Virus record (IMG/VR): IMGVR_UViG_3300011187_000006
Location: 1-64,000 of that record
Source: an uncultured virus (IMG/VR IMGVR_UViG_3300011187_000006)
Lineage: Duplodnaviria; Heunggongvirae; Uroviricota; Caudoviricetes
Length of the DNA: 64,000 bases
Reading direction: 5' to 3' (one strand)
Below the pieces are notes generated by a model. It saw only the letters and a program-made list of their open reading frames with translations. It made no database searches and was not told the DNA's origin. A program made the position numbers and the translations under genes. Below are positions 59,076 to 64,000 of the stretch, piece by piece. The stretch's first letter is position 1; each line of letters starts with the position of its first letter.

Positions 59076-59681
59076 TTAAGAATACATTTTATCTATTTTA
59101 TCGAAATTGTTTTCACATATGTCAATTAAAAGCATACGACCATTTCTAATCTGTGATTTTATAGTGGACAAGTTTTTACCAAGATCACTAGAGATGTCTT
59201 TATAAGACATCTTTCTAATCTCTCTCATTTCAATAACTGTTCTATAAGGCTCTTTTAACCTATATATCGAATCTTTCATTAACTTAGCCTTTTTATTAAT
59301 AACAATATACTTAGACTCATCTTCATCTTCATCATTTGATATGAAGCTTTTCATTGTTGTACCATCATTGTCATATTCAACATCGAGTGATATAGACTTT
59401 TTGCTTTTTTTCACATCTTGATAAGATAAATTTTTAGCTATTGTAAATAACCATGTAGAAAATTGTGCCTTTGATTTATCATAAAGTTCTATTTTATTAA
59501 ATGCTACTATGAAAGAGTCAGTAGATATATCCTCTGCCTTTTTTCTATCATTACATATCTTAGATGTGAAGTATATTAGTTTAGGATAATACTTTTTATA
59601 TAGAAATGTAAAATCTTTACCAGTTCTTTCTTTAAATAATTTCTCTTTTTCCGAGAAATAGCTTTCTTGTTTTATTTCCAT
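59076..59681 (-). CDS. ECF-type RNA polymerase sigma factor
   Basis: AEDI...FSTWLFTIAKN (region 2); SYKDIS...TIKSQIRNGR (region 4). Confidence 0.9.
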   Translation of the reverse strand: MEIKQESYFSEKEKLFKERTGKDFTFLYKKYYPKLIYFTSKICNDRKKAEDISTDSFIVAFNKIELYDKSKAQFSTWLFTIAKNLSYQDVKKSKKSISLDVEYDNDGTTMKSFISNDEDEDESKYIVINKKAKLMKDSIYRLKEPYRTVIEMREIRKMSYKDISSDLGKNLSTIKSQIRNGRMLLIDICENNFDKIDKMYS

Positions 59682-59759
59682 TTATTGCCTTTTATTTTTA
59701 GTTATTAAACACTAATAGTTATATATTATATTTGTAATAAGTTGTGTATATATTAAGTA

Positions 59760-60173
59760 TTATTTTAATACAGTTTTTAGCTTTTCACTTCGTTGAAACC
59801 TTATATCATCATCCAAAAATATTATAGCATCCGATTCTACCCAAGAACCATCTATCATTTCCATTATTTTAGAAATATTTTCCTTTGATGATGCTCTACT
59901 ATTGTTAATATTAATATCATCAACTCTTATTTTAGAAATCATAGTACCTGAATTATTTTTAACAACCTTAAGTTCTGTTATTTCAAAAACAACACCAAAA
60001 TGATATTCATCATTAGGACTATAAACCATTGTAAATTCTTTTTGATATATGCCACGTCTTGAGTTAATATAAGGATCTAGTTTCTTTTTTTTTAAAAAAA
60101 ACATAACATAATTATATAAAAAAATTATCCCCATCCCTATCCCTATTCCAATTAATAATGATATCATGTCCAT
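59760..60173 (-). CDS. Membrane-anchored hypothetical protein with C-terminal RxxKL motif
   Basis: N-terminal TM segment; ends QRSEKLKTVLK. Confidence 0.55.
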   Translation of the reverse strand: MDMISLLIGIGIGMGIIFLYNYVMFFLKKKKLDPYINSRRGIYQKEFTMVYSPNDEYHFGVVFEITELKVVKNNSGTMISKIRVDDININNSRASSKENISKIMEMIDGSWVESDAIIFLDDDIRFQRSEKLKTVLK

Positions 60174-60174
60174 A

Positions 60175-62043
60175 TTATATTTCGTTTAAGATTTTTTCCA
60201 ATCCCTCTACACTCAAAATCTCTATTCCTAAACTAGTAGCCTTCACCTCCTTTGAAGAACCGCTTCCTAATTCCTTCACTACTAAGTATGTAGTGTTCTT
60301 AGAGACAGATGTGCTTACCTTACCACCATTAGATTCGATTATTTCATTTAAATCTTTTCTTCTTACACCAGTAAAAACAAATGACTTTCCTTTAAGATTT
60401 TCAGATTCAATATTCTTATCTTCATAACTTATAGTTACTGGTAGGTCTTTAATAAATTCAAAAAACACATCAAACGAATCTACATATACATTAGCACTAG
60501 TGTCTGCAAAGCCTTCTAATGCTTTAACTTCTTCAACACTTGGTCTATGTTTAAAATGTTCTAGAAGTGCTAGCTTCTTAGACCCTAAGCCTTTGAATAT
60601 ACCAGTGGCATGTTGCAATTTGCTAAGCCTAACATCAGTAACTGATTTTTTAAAAGAATTATATACTTTTTCAGCTTTTTTCTTGCCAAATCTATCAATT
60701 TGTAATAAATCATCTATTGATAGGCTTAGAACATCTTTAATACTTCTATAATTAGCATCCCATAGTTGTCTAATAGTACCATCAGATACATTATCAGTAC
60801 CTAGTATTTCAAAAAATGCTATAATTTTTTTAATTTTTTGCTCATCAGTTTCAGTCTTCGTAATAAGTTCTATCCCATTTTCATCCCATTCAAGTTCGCT
60901 GCCTTCTATTAGAGGTATTTCAAAATCAACTCTTTCTAATACATCAACTATAAGAGGTATAACCATACCACTTCTTTTAATGGTTATAACTGCACCTATG
61001 CCTATACCCATTTCCTTTACAAATCTTGCATTATTACCAGTTACATTAGATACTTTAACACCATCAAGTTGAACAGGGTTTATATTTACAATAGGTTTTA
61101 CTAAGCCATGTTTTGAAACATTCCAAGTCATGTCTAATACTTGTGTTGTGGCAGTCTGTTCAAAACTATTATGCTTAAATGCTCTAGCAAAGACTGGATT
61201 TTTAGAAGAAGTCTCTCTACCCAAAACTCTTTGGTGGTTCAAATCATTTACCTCTATTATAATACCATCAATTTCAAATTCTTCAGACCATTCTTTGAAT
61301 AACTCAATCATTAAATCCTCTGTTATGTCGGATATCCTACATATTTTATATTTAACTTTTGATTCTTGGTTTTTATTTAAGAATTCTATAACTTGCTTTT
61401 TACTTTGAAAGTGTGGTCTAAATTCATTAGATATCCCATACTTTATATATTTACAATCTTTTAATTTATCAGTAGGTGTTTTAGAATTTAATAATCCAGC
61501 AACTAGATTTCGTGGATTTGCAAACTGTGTCGAGTACTTATCAGTGAATACTCTTTTGGCTATCATCACCTCACCATAAGTATATTGAAATAAACTTTCA
61601 TTAGATATAAGCTTATTTCCTATGAGGTCATAGTGTTCGTTTGACTTTTGACCAACAATACCATCCCCTCTTGTGTATGCATCCCCATTACTCTCGTCAA
61701 CACAAAGTGCTAGACCATCATATTTAGGGGTTAGTATAACCAATGTAGATTTGGGGACATCCCTAAGTCTAGACCAATCGTCAATATCTTCTATTGTTTT
61801 TATCTTATTCATAGATGCCATTACAATAGGAAGTTTTTGCTTTCGACTTTCATCTTCTGTTGCGTGTCCTATCTTTGTAAGTAATTCATCACTTGGTGAT
61901 AGTTTACTTAATTCATCAACTAAACCATCATATACTTTATCCGACATAATAGGAACACCTAATCGATAAGCATCATTGGCTTCTACAATTCTTTTTTTAA
62001 GATTACTAATCATATTTTTTTTATTTTGAACAAATATAAGCAA
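60175..62043 (-). CDS. ligA: NAD-dependent DNA ligase
   Basis: KYDG adenylation motif, TRGDG, NPRN, HhH repeats and BRCT domain. Confidence 0.95.
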   Translation of the reverse strand: MLIFVQNKKNMISNLKKRIVEANDAYRLGVPIMSDKVYDGLVDELSKLSPSDELLTKIGHATEDESRKQKLPIVMASMNKIKTIEDIDDWSRLRDVPKSTLVILTPKYDGLALCVDESNGDAYTRGDGIVGQKSNEHYDLIGNKLISNESLFQYTYGEVMIAKRVFTDKYSTQFANPRNLVAGLLNSKTPTDKLKDCKYIKYGISNEFRPHFQSKKQVIEFLNKNQESKVKYKICRISDITEDLMIELFKEWSEEFEIDGIIIEVNDLNHQRVLGRETSSKNPVFARAFKHNSFEQTATTQVLDMTWNVSKHGLVKPIVNINPVQLDGVKVSNVTGNNARFVKEMGIGIGAVITIKRSGMVIPLIVDVLERVDFEIPLIEGSELEWDENGIELITKTETDEQKIKKIIAFFEILGTDNVSDGTIRQLWDANYRSIKDVLSLSIDDLLQIDRFGKKKAEKVYNSFKKSVTDVRLSKLQHATGIFKGLGSKKLALLEHFKHRPSVEEVKALEGFADTSANVYVDSFDVFFEFIKDLPVTISYEDKNIESENLKGKSFVFTGVRRKDLNEIIESNGGKVSTSVSKNTTYLVVKELGSGSSKEVKATSLGIEILSVEGLEKILNEI

Positions 62044-62161
62044 AATAATTAATACAATAACAAGAATTATATAAATATTTAAATATTAATAAGGTTTTTG
62101 TCATTGCATTAATTATATGAAATGGAATAGTTTTAATATATAAATAAAATATAATTATAAT

Positions 62162-64000
62162 ATGTCTATAAATAGTAGCTTTCCAAAAGTAGCAGATCAA
62201 GTTATAAGTTTCAACAAAAATTTGGTAGATACTTTATCAAAGATAAACACGTTGACAACAACAACATCATCATCTGTTGATATCCAGATATTTGACGAAG
62301 AGGGTGTTCTGAGAAATTATACATTGCCTTCTTTTGTATCCCTAAAGGGTGAGATAGACAGGTTGAATAATAACATAAATTCACTATACAGCATAGATGC
62401 TAATGGATCTATGATTCAACAAAGTGGTAGCAACAAATTTAAAAAAATAATAACAGTTGATTTAAACAGAGATCCAATACCAGTATCTGATTTGGGTGTG
62501 GTTATTGATTTCAAGACAAAGGCTAATTGGTTCTTTGATTCAATGATAGATCCTATGTTACAAGTGGAATTTGATCTATCTTCTAAAATAGATAACAATG
62601 TTAGTAAATGCTTAGTCAGAAGGTATATTATAGAGTTTGAAAGAACTAATGACGATGTCCTAACACCAAACGGACAGTCTGCTTTAAATAGCTTTAATCA
62701 AACATTTAGGGGACAGACTGATATAACCATTATTGAGTTTAATAAATGGACAGAAACCACACCAGGTGTATCTAATCCAAGAAATGTTAGATTTGATGAA
62801 GAAAAATTTGAACTAGAGCCTAATACTATACGCTTTGATGGTGAGTTTACTGTACTTAAAACTGATGAAGATAGGCTTAATAGAAAGCTTTGGTATGTAC
62901 TTAACACACTAAACTACATAGATATGAGTAATAATGATGAAGTTCTTGAACTATCTATAGATGATGATGTCATTATAAATACTACTAAATCATCCACTAG
63001 ATATCGAGTTTTAGAAATATCAAAGAGTGATTCTAATCCACGTGTTAGATTCGAAAGAGTTGAGGGTATAGAACCTATTGCAATTGGCAAAGGAACACTT
63101 AAAATATATTCACCAGTTGTATATAACAAATCTGTAAGAGTAAGCATAGGATATAATGAAAGGAATGTTATTTTTCTAAAACCAATAAATACTGATAATA
63201 ATCTAGTTGCTAAAAAATGGAGCAAAGGGACTGGGTTTTTTACTAATGATTTAAGAATGTCATCAGATGATGATACTGATGGTTTGACAATGGAGCAATT
63301 TTATACAGAATATGTTAATGACTATGGTGTGGTTTTACAGGATTTAGTTTCTAAGAAAATACCAAATAAATTAGGTGCTACACCAGTTGCTCCTATATTA
63401 GATATAAACAATTTTAAAGTTGCTCAGGTGAATAAGCACTTGACAAATACGTCTAATAACTCTGAATTGAAACAAAAGAGTAACTATCAATCTAGCCTTA
63501 AATCAGAAGTCAGACAAATAGAGAAAGCTATTTCTGATAGAAACAAAAAGATAAAAATAACTAGATTCAAATCTGAATCAGAAAAGAAACAAGCTAGTTT
63601 AGAATTAAAAGACCTCACATCTAAGAAAGAAACTAGAAGTAGGTTATTAAACACAGTCACAAAAGAGATAATTGATATTTCTAGAAGTGTGGATACCAAA
63701 TCAGAACCCAAATATAGACTAAGAGGATTCTGGGAATTCCCAACTGCTATATCTAAGCGTGGAACACTCCCACAGGAAGTTATACAGTTTAGAATACAGT
63801 ATAGGTATGTTAGTGTTGATGGAGAGGAGACCCCAATAGAACAGTATAAAATAGAAGGTACAAAAGCTAGTTTTTCAAATTGGAAAACTACAAAAACGGA
63901 TATAAGGGAAAGAATTTTTGATACACAAACTGGTCAATATTTATGGAAAGATGAAGATTTGTCTAATCCTGATGTACCAAATATAAATAGTCTAGATATA
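62162..64000 (+). CDS. 5' part of a large, probably structural protein (runs off the window end; absent from the ORF track)
   Basis: Starts MSINSSFPKVADQVISFNKN after TTAATATATA; appears open to the window end (not every codon checked). Confidence 0.7.
   Translation, partial: MSINSSFPKVADQVISFNKNLVDTLSKINTLTTTTSSSVDIQIFDEEGVLRNYTLPSFVSLKGEIDRLNNNINSLYSIDANGSMIQQSGSNKFKKIITVDLNRDPIPVSDLGVVIDFKTKANWFFDSMIDPMLQVEFDLSSKIDNNVSKCLVRRYIIEFERTNDDVLTPNGQSALNSFNQTFRGQTDITIIEFNKWTETTPGVSNPRNVRFDEEKFELEPNTIRFDGEFTVLKTDEDRLNRKLWYVLNTLNYIDMSNNDEVLELSIDDDVIINTTKSSTRYRVLEISKSDSNPRVRFERVEGIEPIAIGKGTLKIYSPVVYNKSVRVSIGYNERNVIFLKPINTDNNLVAKKWSKGTGFFTNDLRMSSDDDTDGLTMEQFYTEYVNDYGVVLQDLVSKKIPNKLGATPVAPILDINNFKVAQVNKHLTNTSNNSELKQKSNYQSSLKSEVRQIEKAISDRNKKIKITRFKSESEKKQASLELKDLTSKKETRSRLLNTVTKEIIDISRSVDTKSEPKYRLRGFWEFPTAISKRGTLPQEVIQFRIQYRYVSVDGEETPIEQYKIEGTKASFSNWKTTKTDIRERIFDTQTGQYLWKDEDLSNPDVPNINSLDI

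Noticed and set aside
1..64000. Stop-codon reassignment as in some large phages
   Set aside because: Conserved genes (nrdB, SSB, tnpA) end at TAG at expected lengths, others at TAA/TGA; no suppressor tRNA seen

Overview
This AT-rich window comes from a large (jumbo-type) tailed phage, genetic code 11. The host is most likely Bacteroidota, inferred from many TAnnTTTG -7 promoter boxes. It carries T4-like neck and SSB genes, NrdB, LigA, ClpC, NusA, SmpB, an ECF sigma factor, an endolysin, homing endonucleases, an IS605 element plus a MITE derivative, and 23 tRNA genes plus one tRNA-like pseudogene. Two systems stand out. (1) All four tRNA clusters lie behind a short unannotated leader ORF followed by an intrinsic terminator. 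Each leader is loaded with codons for the tRNAs downstream: PQPQVDIDQDSD before Asp/Gln/Pro; 22 consecutive N/L/T/R/V/I/M/C codons before Leu/Asn/Ile/Arg/Val/Cys/Thr/Met; IAIIAIGKG with ATA codons before Ile(UAU)/Gly/Ala; EYYYEESE before Tyr/Glu. This looks like ribosome-stalling transcription attenuation that makes phage tRNAs on demand. (2) A compact type I-like CRISPR locus (cas7-cas5-cas6-array-cas3) has no cas8, cas11 or cas1/2 in the locus and uses 36-nt repeats with ~30-nt spacers resembling Bacteroidota type II-C/VI-B arrays. Also seen: two D-arm-less tRNAs, an Acb1-like 2H phosphoesterase, recurrent N- and C-terminal peptide motifs, and unexplained structured RNAs. Everything was read by eye; no database searches or folding programs were run.
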